Assembly: GCA_951812755.1 (NCBI GenBank)
Contig: OX638329.1
Location: 2,982,522 to 3,046,521, forward strand
Direction: 5' to 3'
Origin: an uncultured Latescibacterota bacterium
GTDB lineage: Bacteria; Latescibacterota; UBA2968
DNA length: 64,000 nucleotides
Part shown: positions 28,250 to 37,735 of the stretch, piece by piece
Layout of the letters: each line of letters starts with the position of its first letter
Position numbering within the stretch: position 1 is the first letter of the stretch
Notes under the pieces: model-generated
The model's input: the letters and a program-made list of their open reading frames with translations, nothing else
Database searches by the model: none
Told to the model about the DNA's origin: nothing
Program-made: the position numbers and the translations under genes

Positions 28250-31200
28250 CTACCTCCAGAATTTGGCAATCCTCATTGCTTGGCTGATCATTTCGTCCAT
28301 TTGTTCCGAAGATAAATCAATGCCATGTATGTCTTCCACCACATCGTAGAAGAAATCATCAATCTCGTTTTTTACGACATTTTGCGCGTCGCTATCGTTC
28401 CAAAAATCTACCTTCCAATTCCTTTCTATCGCGGTTTGAATGGCAAGCGTTGTTTTTATTGCTATGCCATCGGTCTGGCTTTCATCGATATCAATTTTTG
28501 AGAAACAGGGTTTAATTGCGCCAAAATATGCACAGGCTTCACGATTATTGCGAATCTCGTCGGGCACATCGTCGCGTTGAGAGCTTTCGACCTTATCGCG
28601 AATATCGCTCACCTTTTGCAGATAATCCAGGGCTAATATCCGTTGCTGCCTGAAATCGTCGATTGCCTCCTGAATGAGCTTTGAGAATTTCTCGTAAAAA
28701 GCAGGGTCTTTGTCCATGTTTTCGGTAATCTTGCGCTTGGTTGCATGCGCGATATGGTCGGCGTTTGCCGCTATATTTCGGGTGCGGTAGATGCCTCGCT
28801 CCTCTTTGACCACAGAAAAGGTGTTGTTATCAAAAATATCCACGGGATCGTTTAATTGGGTGACTTCGTTTGCCTGAATATGCGTGTTTAGCAACTTTTT
28901 AATTCGGGTGTCATAGTCGCCGTAATCAATGGCTTCGGCGTAGCGCAGTCTGACAGCCTGTCTCAGTTTCTCAAAACGCAAGAGATCGCTTTTGTAGCGT
29001 TTGAGTTGGGCCTCGTCGGTCTGCATAATGAACTGCTCAGATGAAAGCGCGATGGCAAGGGTTTTGCCGTATTCCGTGAGGCGTTCATAAAAATCTTCCC
29101 GCAATGCGTCATCGGATAGGAGGACTTCGTAGCGTTCTTCATCGCGGGAATTTTTAATTTCTTTGAATATATCCCAGAGGTCCGAGTAACGTTGCGGCAA
29201 TTTTTGTATTTCTTCCTGGATGGAGACCAGGACATTGGCGAGATCCGCTCTGTCAAAATCCGCAAGCGCGTCGTATTCGTTCAGTGCTTTGTCCAGTTCA
29301 CCCAATACATTGGCATAATCAACGACATAGCCAAATTCCTTATTTTCGTGTACGCGATTAACCCGGGCAATAGCCTGGAGCAATGTGTGTTCGCGCAACT
29401 TACGGCACAGATAGAGCACGGTATTGCGAGGCGCGTCAAATCCGGTGATGAGTTTATCTACTACAATCAAAATTTCCGGATCGTCCGCGTGTTTGAACTG
29501 TGCGATGATTTGTTTGTTGTATTGGTCTTCGGAACCATAACGAGCCATCATTTTGTTCCAGAACGCGTTGACCTCATCTGTTTCTTCGCCTACCTCTTCA
29601 TGCCCCTCTCGCGTATCCGGGGGAGAAATAACGACCTCCGATGAAATATCATTTATCTCATTGAAAAATTCTCGATACTTCAGGGCAGTCGCTTTGTTGG
29701 GTGCTACAAGTTGCGCCTTAAATGGGGTGTTCTGCCAGTTTACGCGGTAGTGTGTGCTTATGTCAAATGCGCGCATATAGACGACCTGGTCTGCCTGATT
29801 GAGTGCATCTGCACGGGAATATTTTCTTTTTAAGTCGGCTTTTTGTTGGTCTGTCAGGTTTACCGTATGGCGTTCGAACCACAAATCAACCGCGTTTTCG
29901 TTTTGCTCTATCTCTACATGCCGTCCTTCGTACAGTAGGGGAACCACTGCCTTGTCTTTGATCGCCTGTCGCACGGAATAGTGCGGTTCAATAAGACCTC
30001 CAAATCTAACAAAACTGTTCTTCTCTCTTTTGAGCAATGGCGTACCTGTGAAGCCGATGTAACAAGCATTGGGTAACATCTGCCTCATGCGCGCTGCGAG
30101 AGAACCGAAGTTTGTGCGGTGGCTTTCATCTACGAGGACGACAATATCCGCTGAATCATCAACGTATTTTTCAGCAGAAAGTGCCGTATCAAATTTATTG
30201 ATCAGCGTCGTGATGATACCCACTTTGTTTTTGATGTGTTTGACCAGATTTCGCCCGGTTGTCGCCCGCTCCATGTCCAGGCCACAGGCTGCGAAGGTGT
30301 TGCCCAGTTGTTTATCCAGGTCTTTGCGGTCTGTAACGAGAATCATTCGGGATTTATTCAGTTCGGAGTTCAGAGCCAGAGTACGCGCGAGCATGACCAT
30401 TGTGATGGATTTCCCAGATCCCTGAGTGTGCCAGACAATGCCGCCCTGGCGGCGTCCTGTCTTGTCTATTTGTTTGATGCGATTTATTGCGGAACGAACG
30501 AGAAAGAACTGCTGGTATCGGGCTATTTTCTTACTGCCAAGGTCAAAGACGATAAAGCCGTAAATGAGTTCCAACAGACGCTCTGGACGGCACAGGCTGT
30601 AAAGACATCTATCCTGTTCCGTGAGCAGTCGGTCTCCTGTGCTTTCAAGCGCGGCGAAGTGCGATAGCGCCAGAGCAAAATCGCCGCGGAATAGGGCGTC
30701 TTTGTCTTCAGCGGAAAGGGTTTTATTGATGCTGGCATTCACTTCGTGAGCAGAATCCTCCATTTCGTCCCATAAGCTCCAGAATGCCTTTGAAGTTCCC
30801 ACCGTTGCGTACTTCGCCTCATTTTTGTTTATAGCCAGCAATATTTGTGCGTAAATGAAAAGGCGCGGGATATATTCTTCGCCCTGATTGCGGATTGTTT
30901 GAGATATGGCCTGCTCAACATCCACATCGGAGCCTTTGCATTCGATTACAACAAGGGGAATACCGTTCACGAATAGTATAATGTCGGGCCTTGCGGTTTC
31001 CAGGCTGCGGGTGCGTTCAACAGAAAATTCCGCTGTGGCGTGAAACACATTGTTCGCGGGATTTTTCCAGTCGATATAGTTCAGGGTATAACTTTTGGAA
31101 TCGCTCTCGATGGTTTGTTCAAGTGATGTGCCAAGCGTTATCAGGTCGTAGATTACTTCATTTGTTTTTTGCAGACCATCGTATTGGATATTTTTGATTT

Positions 31201-31438
31201 TCTGAATGGCAGATTGAATATTCTCCTCGCTGAATAGATACAGACCGCCTTTGTAGTGAATGCGGTTTATTTTTTTAAGCTGATCGCGCAAGATGTTTTC
31301 CAGCAGAACATTTGAGGCACGACCACCGCGTTCTACCATCGCCTGCTCGGGGGGCAGATACCGGTAGCCCATGTTAATTAGCTGTTGCAGGGCAGGTATC
31401 TGGGAGAGGTGTTTTTCGCTGAATGGGAAGGTAGGCAT
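28250..31438 (-). CDS. hsdR: type I restriction endonuclease subunit R
   Basis: 1062 aa; helicase motifs ('HTQGSGKS', 'DESHR') and HsdR-like N-terminal nuclease region. Confidence 0.9.
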   Translation of the reverse strand: MPTFPFSEKHLSQIPALQQLINMGYRYLPPEQAMVERGGRASNVLLENILRDQLKKINRIHYKGGLYLFSEENIQSAIQKIKNIQYDGLQKTNEVIYDLITLGTSLEQTIESDSKSYTLNYIDWKNPANNVFHATAEFSVERTRSLETARPDIILFVNGIPLVVIECKGSDVDVEQAISQTIRNQGEEYIPRLFIYAQILLAINKNEAKYATVGTSKAFWSLWDEMEDSAHEVNASINKTLSAEDKDALFRGDFALALSHFAALESTGDRLLTEQDRCLYSLCRPERLLELIYGFIVFDLGSKKIARYQQFFLVRSAINRIKQIDKTGRRQGGIVWHTQGSGKSITMVMLARTLALNSELNKSRMILVTDRKDLDKQLGNTFAACGLDMERATTGRNLVKHIKNKVGIITTLINKFDTALSAEKYVDDSADIVVLVDESHRTNFGSLAARMRQMLPNACYIGFTGTPLLKREKNSFVRFGGLIEPHYSVRQAIKDKAVVPLLYEGRHVEIEQNENAVDLWFERHTVNLTDQQKADLKRKYSRADALNQADQVVYMRAFDISTHYRVNWQNTPFKAQLVAPNKATALKYREFFNEINDISSEVVISPPDTREGHEEVGEETDEVNAFWNKMMARYGSEDQYNKQIIAQFKHADDPEILIVVDKLITGFDAPRNTVLYLCRKLREHTLLQAIARVNRVHENKEFGYVVDYANVLGELDKALNEYDALADFDRADLANVLVSIQEEIQKLPQRYSDLWDIFKEIKNSRDEERYEVLLSDDALREDFYERLTEYGKTLAIALSSEQFIMQTDEAQLKRYKSDLLRFEKLRQAVRLRYAEAIDYGDYDTRIKKLLNTHIQANEVTQLNDPVDIFDNNTFSVVKEERGIYRTRNIAANADHIAHATKRKITENMDKDPAFYEKFSKLIQEAIDDFRQQRILALDYLQKVSDIRDKVESSQRDDVPDEIRNNREACAYFGAIKPCFSKIDIDESQTDGIAIKTTLAIQTAIERNWKVDFWNDSDAQNVVKNEIDDFFYDVVEDIHGIDLSSEQMDEMISQAMRIAKFWR

Positions 31439-31455
31439 TGCATTGTTCCTGTTTT

Positions 31456-31514
31456 ATCCGCAGATGAATATTATCCGCATATGAACGCAGATATTCGCAG
31501 ATAGAGGCAGATAA
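31456..31514. repeat. cluster of CGCAGAT-type motifs in the hsdR upstream region
   Basis: 'CGCAGAT' at 31459, 31486, 31496 and GGCAGAT at 31506 (10-bp spacing for the last three), CGCATAT at 31476. Confidence 0.4.
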
Positions 31515-32018
31515 AATTCTTGTGAAGCTGGAAGATTACGAGCTTATGACTCTGGTCTCTGATTCATCTCGCTTTGGCTGCATCTCCGTTTTCTTACACG
31601 ACTTCTCAATCATTATCGGTCGCTGGCCTATTGCCTTCTAATTGCTGAAAGCAATTTTTGTTGGGGTTGCATATTTAAGAATGTATGCGAGTTTTCGCAA
31701 ATTTCTGCTTTCCAACTCTTTTTTTGTAAACAGTACAAAAAATACTATAAATTCGTCACAGTCGATATATCCCGTGATTTCTTGACAAGGTAACTGATCC
31801 GAAGTCACTACTCTAATATATGTATTTCTTTTATCGGTTCTTTTAGCAATACTTCGGACAGTTTTTAGGTGTAAAGGTTCTTTGAAATCAACAGGTTAGA
31901 TGAGACCCCATGTTTTATTTACAAGTTAGCCCTATACCCTGAGTTTGATAAAAAAACTGACAATTCTATAAACCGTTGTATTATAGAAACTTAGGGTTTT
32001 TGACTAATTGGAAACCTA

Positions 32019-32129
32019 TCAAAAAGTGTCCGAACCATTGTTGGTGTTCAATCCATTTTTAAATTCCATAAATTCACCAAGCTGAACTTCCCGCCATCCC
32101 TTCGGCAACTGCCCATTTTTCACTGTCAT
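32019..32129 (-). pseudogene. orphan N-terminal fragment of an hsdS specificity-subunit gene
   Basis: 'MTVKNGQLPKGWREVQLGEFMEFKNGLN' matches the conserved HsdS N-terminus, then stop; followed by about 500 bp of AT-rich ORF-free DNA. Confidence 0.4.
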
Positions 32130-32166
32130 TCTATTATCCCCTGTTGAACTGTGCAGTACTTCTGGC

Positions 32167-32388
32167 TCACCAACTCTTTCCTTGCAGTTCCTTCGGGAAG
32201 AGCTTGCGGCTGGAGAGCCGGTCTTCATCTAAAACGTGAATAAGGTATTCGAGAGTTTTCCGCTGTTCGTCAGTATCGCCCTCATCCATCCATGACTGGA
32301 CCAACTGCACAAGACCGGCTGCACGGTCATCAGAAGTTTTGCTTTCACTGACAATCTCGGTAGGATTTTCTGAAAGCCTTTTATCCAT
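32167..32388 (-). CDS. hypothetical small acidic protein
   Basis: 73-aa ORF inside the R-M island; no recognisable motif. Confidence 0.2.
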   Translation of the reverse strand: MDKRLSENPTEIVSESKTSDDRAAGLVQLVQSWMDEGDTDEQRKTLEYLIHVLDEDRLSSRKLFPKELQGKSW

Positions 32389-32427
32389 ATCTCTGTCCTC
32401 TCATCTCATCGCTTTTGCCCTCCTGCT

Positions 32428-32775
32428 TTATGTCTTGACCGCCTGCAATTTCTCTGTTTCAGAAATCTCGCATTGTGGCGCGGGCAGTTGGGTGATGATG
32501 TTCGCAATCAGCGTCTCGTCCTTGTTTGACATGGCATTCGCCACATCTTGAGGATTGCTATGCGTCTTTCGCGCAAATTCTCGCGCACCGCCTTGTCCTT
32601 CAACAGCCGCACTGAATCCGTAATAAAGCGCGGCACCATCCGGATCTTTTTCGTGCTCTTCCAATAAGACTTCAAGGAAGGAGAGAGCTTTATCGATATC
32701 CGAAAACTTTTCGATTAAGTAGTCGCGGAAATCTATCATCTGTCTCATCGTTGGGTCTCCTTGTAATTTTGCCAA
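32428..32775 (-). CDS. addiction-module antidote protein (HTH antitoxin)
   Basis: 115 aa; 'AALYYGFSAAVEGQGGAREFARKTHSNPQDVANAMS' antidote-like; directly downstream of and overlapping the toxin gene. Confidence 0.55.
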   Translation of the reverse strand: MAKLQGDPTMRQMIDFRDYLIEKFSDIDKALSFLEVLLEEHEKDPDGAALYYGFSAAVEGQGGAREFARKTHSNPQDVANAMSNKDETLIANIITQLPAPQCEISETEKLQAVKT

Positions 32776-33080
32776 TAGGTTTTTGCGCGTTCAATGTCTC
32801 GCGTTTGGGAAGACTTATCGCCGCCGCAGAGCAACAGGACGATGGTGTTGCCGACTATACCAAAATAGATGCGATAGCCTGCTCCAAAATGGAAACGGGT
32901 TTCAAAAATACCGTCACCGACAGATTTCCAGTCGCCAAAATTGCCGCCCGCAAGACGACCAAGGCGTGCTTGAATCCGGTCCTGCGTTTTTTGATCGCGT
33001 GACTCAAACCATTCGGTGAAAGGCACTCGCCCATTTGAATGCTGGTAAATTTGCAGTTTTCTCGGTTGCGTAGCAAGCAT
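32745..33080 (-). CDS. RelE/ParE-family toxin (addiction-module killer type)
   Basis: 'FHFGAGYRIYFGIVGNTIVLLLCGGDKSSQTRDIERAK' matches the killer-protein C-terminus. Confidence 0.6.
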   Translation of the reverse strand: MLATQPRKLQIYQHSNGRVPFTEWFESRDQKTQDRIQARLGRLAGGNFGDWKSVGDGIFETRFHFGAGYRIYFGIVGNTIVLLLCGGDKSSQTRDIERAKTYWQNYKETQR

Positions 33081-33116
33081 TCTCTATCTGCCCTTTGCCT
33101 GACTCATGGTGCAATT

Positions 33117-33485
33117 TTAGGTCTCGACTGCCTGCAATTTCTCGGTCTCTGTTTCAGATGTCTCGCATTGCGTCGCGGGCAGTTGGGCGATGATGTTCGC
33201 AATCAGCGTCTCGTCTTTGTTTGACATGGCCTGCGCCACGCCTTGAGGATTGCAATGCGTCTTTCGGGCAAATTCTCGCGCACCGCCCTGTCCTTCAACA
33301 GCCGCACTGAATCCGTAATAAAGCGCGGCACTATTCCCGTCTTTTTGGTATTCTTCCAATTCCGTTTGAAGATAGGAGATGGCCTCCTCAAAGTCAGAAA
33401 GCCCTTCGATTAAGTAGTCGCGATAATTTCTCATTTCTCTCATCGTTAGGTCTCCTTGTAGTTTTACCAATAGGTTTTTGCGCAT
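33117..33485 (-). CDS. addiction-module antidote protein, second paralog (orphan)
   Basis: 122 aa, near-identical core to 32428..32775. Confidence 0.55.
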   Translation of the reverse strand: MRKNLLVKLQGDLTMREMRNYRDYLIEGLSDFEEAISYLQTELEEYQKDGNSAALYYGFSAAVEGQGGAREFARKTHCNPQGVAQAMSNKDETLIANIIAQLPATQCETSETETEKLQAVET

Positions 33486-33551
33486 TCAATGTCCCGTGCC
33501 TGCGAAGATTTGTCGCCGCCGCAGAGCAGGAGGACGATTGTGGCATCTGTA
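33486..33551 (-). pseudogene. 3' remnant of a duplicated RelE/ParE-like toxin gene
   Basis: Encodes only '...TIVLLLCGGDKSSQARDIECAKTYW*'; 5' part replaced by repeat copy B. Confidence 0.45.
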
Positions 33552-33568
33552 AATATCTTTTGATTTAG

Positions 33569-33630
33569 CCTTTCATCTGCGTCTATCTGCGAAAAACGCT
33601 CAAATTATTCGCGTTTTTTTCTGCGGATTC
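33569..33630. repeat. dispersed intergenic repeat, copy B (inverted relative to copy A)
   Basis: Reverse complement nearly identical to 12563-12625; supplies the last codons and stop of the RhuM-like gene. Confidence 0.6.
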
Positions 33631-34658
33631 CGACCCAATTGTCGTTCCAATTCTTTAGTTTCTCTATCAAAATCAGATTCAAACAAACGATCCTGAACAA
33701 TTCGGTATTTCTCAAACTCGCTTTCGGCATGGGCTTTGGCAATCTCGGCACTGACTTGTCCGCTGTCTTTCAATATCTGCCGGTCAAAAGCCTCGAGAAA
33801 TATATCGAGGCGTTTTGCCCAGTCCTCCATTGTCATGGGTATCTTGCGCTGTGCCCGGTCTTCGGCGAGGTCAATATAGGCGTTGACGATACGCCCAAGA
33901 GATTCCAGTTCTTCTTTCGACAGGTAGTTCTTTGCGACAGAGACATCAGACTTCAGGATTTTGCCGGTTGGGGCTTTCTCCCAGGTGGCAAGCCCCATGT
34001 GCCGCTGACCGCTATCTGCCCGCTGTTGTATAAATTCCGCCGTAGTATGGCCGTGAATAGCATAATGCAGTTTGTTTTGCACTCTGGCGAAAAACTCGCG
34101 GGTGGTCGGCGCGTCCCTGTTATAATCCATGCTGGTGGTGTAAATGTCGGCGATCTTTTGGTAAAACCGCCGTTCGCTCAGACGAATCTCGCGGATTTCT
34201 TCCAGCAACCGCTCAAAATAGTCCTCGCCGAGAAACGCGCCATTTTCCAACCGCTGCTTATCCAGAACATAGCCTTTGATCGCAAACTCCCGTAAAACCC
34301 GGGTTGCCCATTGGCGAAATTGCGTGGCGCGTCTGGAGTTTACCCGATAACCGACCGAGATGATGGCGTCCAGATTGTAAAAATTGGTAGTGTAGTTTTT
34401 GCCATCAGCGGCAGTATGTGCAAAACTTGCACATACTGAATCCTGGTCTAACTCGTTGTCATTAAAGATATTTTGCAAGTGCTTTGTAATAACTGAGCGA
34501 TCCACGGAAAATAACTCCGCCATGAGTTTTTGTGTCAGCCAAATGGTGTCGTCCTGGTAACGCACTTCAATACTATCTTCACTGGCCTGGTTGGTAAAGA
34601 TCAAAAATTCCGCTGTGCTGCTGCGGATAGTCAGATCTTTTGAGGATCTCTTGCTCAT
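33600..34658 (-). CDS. RhuM-family (Fic/DOC-related) protein
   Basis: 352 aa; 'DAIISVGYRVNSRRATQFRQWATRVL' is characteristic of RhuM; 4-bp overlap with hsdM. Confidence 0.65.
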   Translation of the reverse strand: MSKRSSKDLTIRSSTAEFLIFTNQASEDSIEVRYQDDTIWLTQKLMAELFSVDRSVITKHLQNIFNDNELDQDSVCASFAHTAADGKNYTTNFYNLDAIISVGYRVNSRRATQFRQWATRVLREFAIKGYVLDKQRLENGAFLGEDYFERLLEEIREIRLSERRFYQKIADIYTTSMDYNRDAPTTREFFARVQNKLHYAIHGHTTAEFIQQRADSGQRHMGLATWEKAPTGKILKSDVSVAKNYLSKEELESLGRIVNAYIDLAEDRAQRKIPMTMEDWAKRLDIFLEAFDRQILKDSGQVSAEIAKAHAESEFEKYRIVQDRLFESDFDRETKELERQLGRNPQKKTRII

Positions 34659-36169
34659 GCTCGTTTTACTCCCTCCATTAATCTCCCTATCTCTCCCCGT
34701 ACTACGATTAACTCCTCTTCCAGTCGGTCTATCTCAAGCTGCACTGCATCAATATCAATCTCCTCTTCTTCTTCAAAGGTATCTACATAGCGAGGAATGT
34801 TTAAATTGAAGTCGTTTTCTTCAATTTCTTCAAAGGTGGCGAGGTGGGCGTATTTGTCTATATCCTGGCGTTTTTTATAAGCGGTGGTGATTTTTTCAAT
34901 GTGCTCGTCCAGCAATGCATTTTGATTTTTCCCGGCCTGATATTCGCGGCTTGCATCAATGAACAAGACATCTTTGCGGTTCTCATTTGCTCCCCCTTGT
35001 TCTCGCGAGCGGTCAAAGACCAAGATGGCGACTGGTATTGAGGTCGTGGGGAACAGATTGCCCGGCAAGCCAATGACGACGTCGAGCAAGTTTTCTTCAA
35101 TGAGTTGCTGGCGAATGCGTCCTTCGGCACCACCCCGGAACAAAACACCGTGAGGGACCACAACAGAAACCCGGCCTTGTTTTTCCAAAGCCGCTTCCAC
35201 CATGTGGCTGATAAACGCATAGTCGCCTTTGGATTTGGGAGGCAAACTGCGCCAGAAGCGGTTGTATATGTCTGCCTCGGCGTCTTCCGCGCCCCACTTG
35301 TTAAGTGAAAACGGGGGATTGGCGACTACATTGTCGAATTTCATCAACCGATCGGATTCCACCAGTGCCGGGGCAGTGAGCGTGTTGCACCATTCAATGC
35401 GGGCTGCATCGGCACCGTTTAGAAACATATTCATACGCGCCAATGCCCAGGTGCTGCCGTTCACTTCCATTCCGTAAAGGGCGTGGTTTTTGTCGCCCAC
35501 TACGCGCGCGGCTTCAATGAGAAGACCAGCGGAACCGCAGGCGGGATCACAGATACGGGCGCCGGGTTTGGGCGCGCACAGTTTTGCCACCAGTTCGGAT
35601 ACCTTGTGTGGCGTGTAGAACTCGCCGGCTTTTTTGCCCGCGTCAGATGCGAAGCGTTCAATCAGGTAGATGTAGGTGTTGCCGATCACATCTTCCGAAA
35701 CCCGTCTGGGACTCATATTCAATTCGGGTTTGTTGAAATCTTCCAGCAGTGTTTTTAGACGGCGGTTGCGGTCTCTGGTCCTGCCGAGACTTGTCTCGCT
35801 GTTGAAATCTATATTTCGGAAAACACCTTCCAATTTCTGTTTGTTTTCCGTTTCAACCGCCTCCAGTGCGATGTTGATGAGTTCACCGATATTGGGAGCA
35901 GAGCGCTGTTCATAAAGGTTGTAAAAACTACTGCCATCCGGCAATACAAAACGCTCATTCCTCAGCCTGCGCCTGATGCGTTCATCGTTATCGCCGTATC
36001 GTTTTTTATATTCCTCGTAGTGGTCCTTCCAGACATCGGAAATGTATTTTAGAAACAGCATTACGAGGATGTAGTCCTTATATCCGGCTGCATCCATCAC
36101 GCCGCGAAAGGTGTCGCAGGCAGCCCAGGCAGCGTTGTTGATGTCTTTTTGTTGGATTTGACTGTTCAT
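34655..36169 (-). CDS. hsdM: type I restriction-modification DNA methyltransferase subunit M
   Basis: 504 aa; 'ICDPACGSAGLLIEA' SAM-binding motif and 'NPPF' catalytic motif. Confidence 0.9.
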   Translation of the reverse strand: MNSQIQQKDINNAAWAACDTFRGVMDAAGYKDYILVMLFLKYISDVWKDHYEEYKKRYGDNDERIRRRLRNERFVLPDGSSFYNLYEQRSAPNIGELINIALEAVETENKQKLEGVFRNIDFNSETSLGRTRDRNRRLKTLLEDFNKPELNMSPRRVSEDVIGNTYIYLIERFASDAGKKAGEFYTPHKVSELVAKLCAPKPGARICDPACGSAGLLIEAARVVGDKNHALYGMEVNGSTWALARMNMFLNGADAARIEWCNTLTAPALVESDRLMKFDNVVANPPFSLNKWGAEDAEADIYNRFWRSLPPKSKGDYAFISHMVEAALEKQGRVSVVVPHGVLFRGGAEGRIRQQLIEENLLDVVIGLPGNLFPTTSIPVAILVFDRSREQGGANENRKDVLFIDASREYQAGKNQNALLDEHIEKITTAYKKRQDIDKYAHLATFEEIEENDFNLNIPRYVDTFEEEEEIDIDAVQLEIDRLEEELIVVRGEIGRLMEGVKRA

Positions 36170-36186
36170 ATTTTGTTACTCCATTA

Positions 36187-36492
36187 TTAACGATCACCAC
36201 AGGGTGGATTATATCGATTCCGCAGTTCTGTCTCGATAATAGTACGGTCATCTGAATTACAGTAATAAGCCGCGTAACTCTGATAGGGATAACCTACCGA
36301 TTTCCAACAGTATTTCCGTTCATGATTTTCTACGCGTTTCTTCACATCCTCCGATTCACCTATATCAACAGGCGTCCAGAGTTGATGTATCGTGCGCCGC
36401 CCTAAAATGGCATACACTCCGGATTCATTTCTAAGATCGGATGTATCATCAAGAGGACCTTCAAAGCTGTAACGTCCTATTCCAATAGTCAT
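36187..36492 (-). CDS. small GIY-YIG-like nuclease-domain protein, tentative
   Basis: 'GVYAILG...VDIGESEDVKKRVENHER...E...N' fits GIY/YIG/R/E/N spacing; start set to internal Met 36492. Confidence 0.35.
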   Translation of the reverse strand: MTIGIGRYSFEGPLDDTSDLRNESGVYAILGRRTIHQLWTPVDIGESEDVKKRVENHERKYCWKSVGYPYQSYAAYYCNSDDRTIIETELRNRYNPPCGDR

Positions 36493-36688
36493 GTCAATAA
36501 CTCCTATTTTATAGGGGTGATTTAAGGATGCGAATAAAGAGTAGAAATCATGGCACAATGACAAACAAAACCTTTCTGGATTGCGGCTAAAAACGTGCCG
36601 CAATGACAGGTGCTATTCCCATCGTCACGCCTGCATGCCTTAAGCAGGCGTCCAGAATAGGGAAGGTGCTCTGAACTCTTTAATGGCA

Positions 36689-37270
36689 TTAAGGTTTTTC
36701 AGATTCATTTAACAATCGCATCTGAATTGTTTTGACCAGTTTTTCCTTTTGCTCTGCCAAATTTTTCATCAGCCTTTGTTCCTTATTTAACAAATCGGCA
36801 AGGGCGACGATTTGTTCTTGTATTTCCAGATTGGGGAGAGGGATTTCCAGAGCATCAAGAGCGGATTTGCCTATCATGGTCATTATCGTTCCGGTCGCCC
36901 TGCTGTGTAAAAATGCTTGTGATGAGGATAGGTTGATACACCAACAAAGATATTCCGGTAGAACATTTTTGCTTGTGACGCGGATCAAGAATAGCGGGGC
37001 CGAGACAACCGTCCGTCCGGGTTCCTTATCAATGATTGTCGCCGTAGTAGTTTTGCCTCGGGAGCGGAAAACCAAATCTTTGCATTCGACCAGATGGCGC
37101 TCATTGATGCCGTTTATATTAATGGTCATTAGGTTGCCATAATCCAATTTATCTTCGATTAGATCGCGCATCTGAATGACAGCCACATTCCCATCTGCTT
37201 CCGGCTCAATACGGGAACGAAAGGAGAGGCCCATCTGAACAAGAGCGATGTCTTTGAGCTTGTATTTCAT
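36689..37270 (-). CDS. hsdS: type I R-M specificity subunit S, short single-TRD form
   Basis: C-terminal 'LPNLEIQEQIVALADLLNKEQRLMKNLAEQKEKL' is the conserved HsdS coiled-coil; about 193 aa from ATG 37270. Confidence 0.75.
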   Translation of the reverse strand: MKYKLKDIALVQMGLSFRSRIEPEADGNVAVIQMRDLIEDKLDYGNLMTININGINERHLVECKDLVFRSRGKTTTATIIDKEPGRTVVSAPLFLIRVTSKNVLPEYLCWCINLSSSQAFLHSRATGTIMTMIGKSALDALEIPLPNLEIQEQIVALADLLNKEQRLMKNLAEQKEKLVKTIQMRLLNESEKP

Positions 37271-37414
37271 AATTACTGGTAAAATATAAAAGTTGCCAGT
37301 TGTGGGAGAAATTATATTACAGAAAAGCCTTTCCTGCAATATAAAGAAAAAAATTCCACTCTGTCAAGTGAAAGTCTTCATTTAGCCGCGAATTGGCGTC
37401 CTGTTCAGATCCCT

Positions 37415-37547
37415 CGCCTTCATCTGCGTCTATCTGCGTTCAGGCTCAAATGAACTGCTGTCACAGTTGTAAACAGCTCACTCGCCTTCATTCTGTGGAC
37501 CCTTTGGGTTTTGCCTTTCATCTGCGCCCATCTGCGAAAAACGCTCA
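37415..37547. repeat. degenerate CGCAGAT-motif repeats plus left half of repeat copy C
   Basis: 'CATCTGCGTCTATCTGCG' at 37421-37438 and 'CATCTGCGCCCATCTGCGAAAAACGCTCA' at 37519-37547. Confidence 0.5.
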
Positions 37548-37735
37548 GAGACTGTTTTAAAACTCATTTTGCCCCTTCTCAGCTATGCGCTATTGCACTG
37601 TCATTCTGAGCGGAGCGCAGCGGAGTCGAAGAATCTCTTGCCAACTCAGGTGGAAAAGATGCTTCGGCTACGCTCAGCATGACAAAACGCCGAACATCCG
37701 TAGCATCAGGTATTAATTTTAAAACAGCTTCTCAG
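37548..37735. mobile_element. MITE-like insertion (~185 bp) splitting repeat copy C
   Basis: Imperfect terminal inverted repeats GAGACTGTTTTAAAA / TTTTAAAACAGCTTCTC; flanking CTCAGA on both sides; internal palindrome GTCATTCTGAGCG / CGCTCAGCATGAC. Confidence 0.35.

Noticed and set aside
31440-32018. Possible CRISPR array or rRNA/ncRNA in the AT-rich ORF-free stretch
   Set aside because: No regularly spaced direct repeats of 25-40 bp and no conserved RNA motif; more consistent with decayed coding DNA or an upstream region.
33639-34295. 218-aa + strand ORF
   Set aside because: Antisense to the RhuM-like gene; no motifs.
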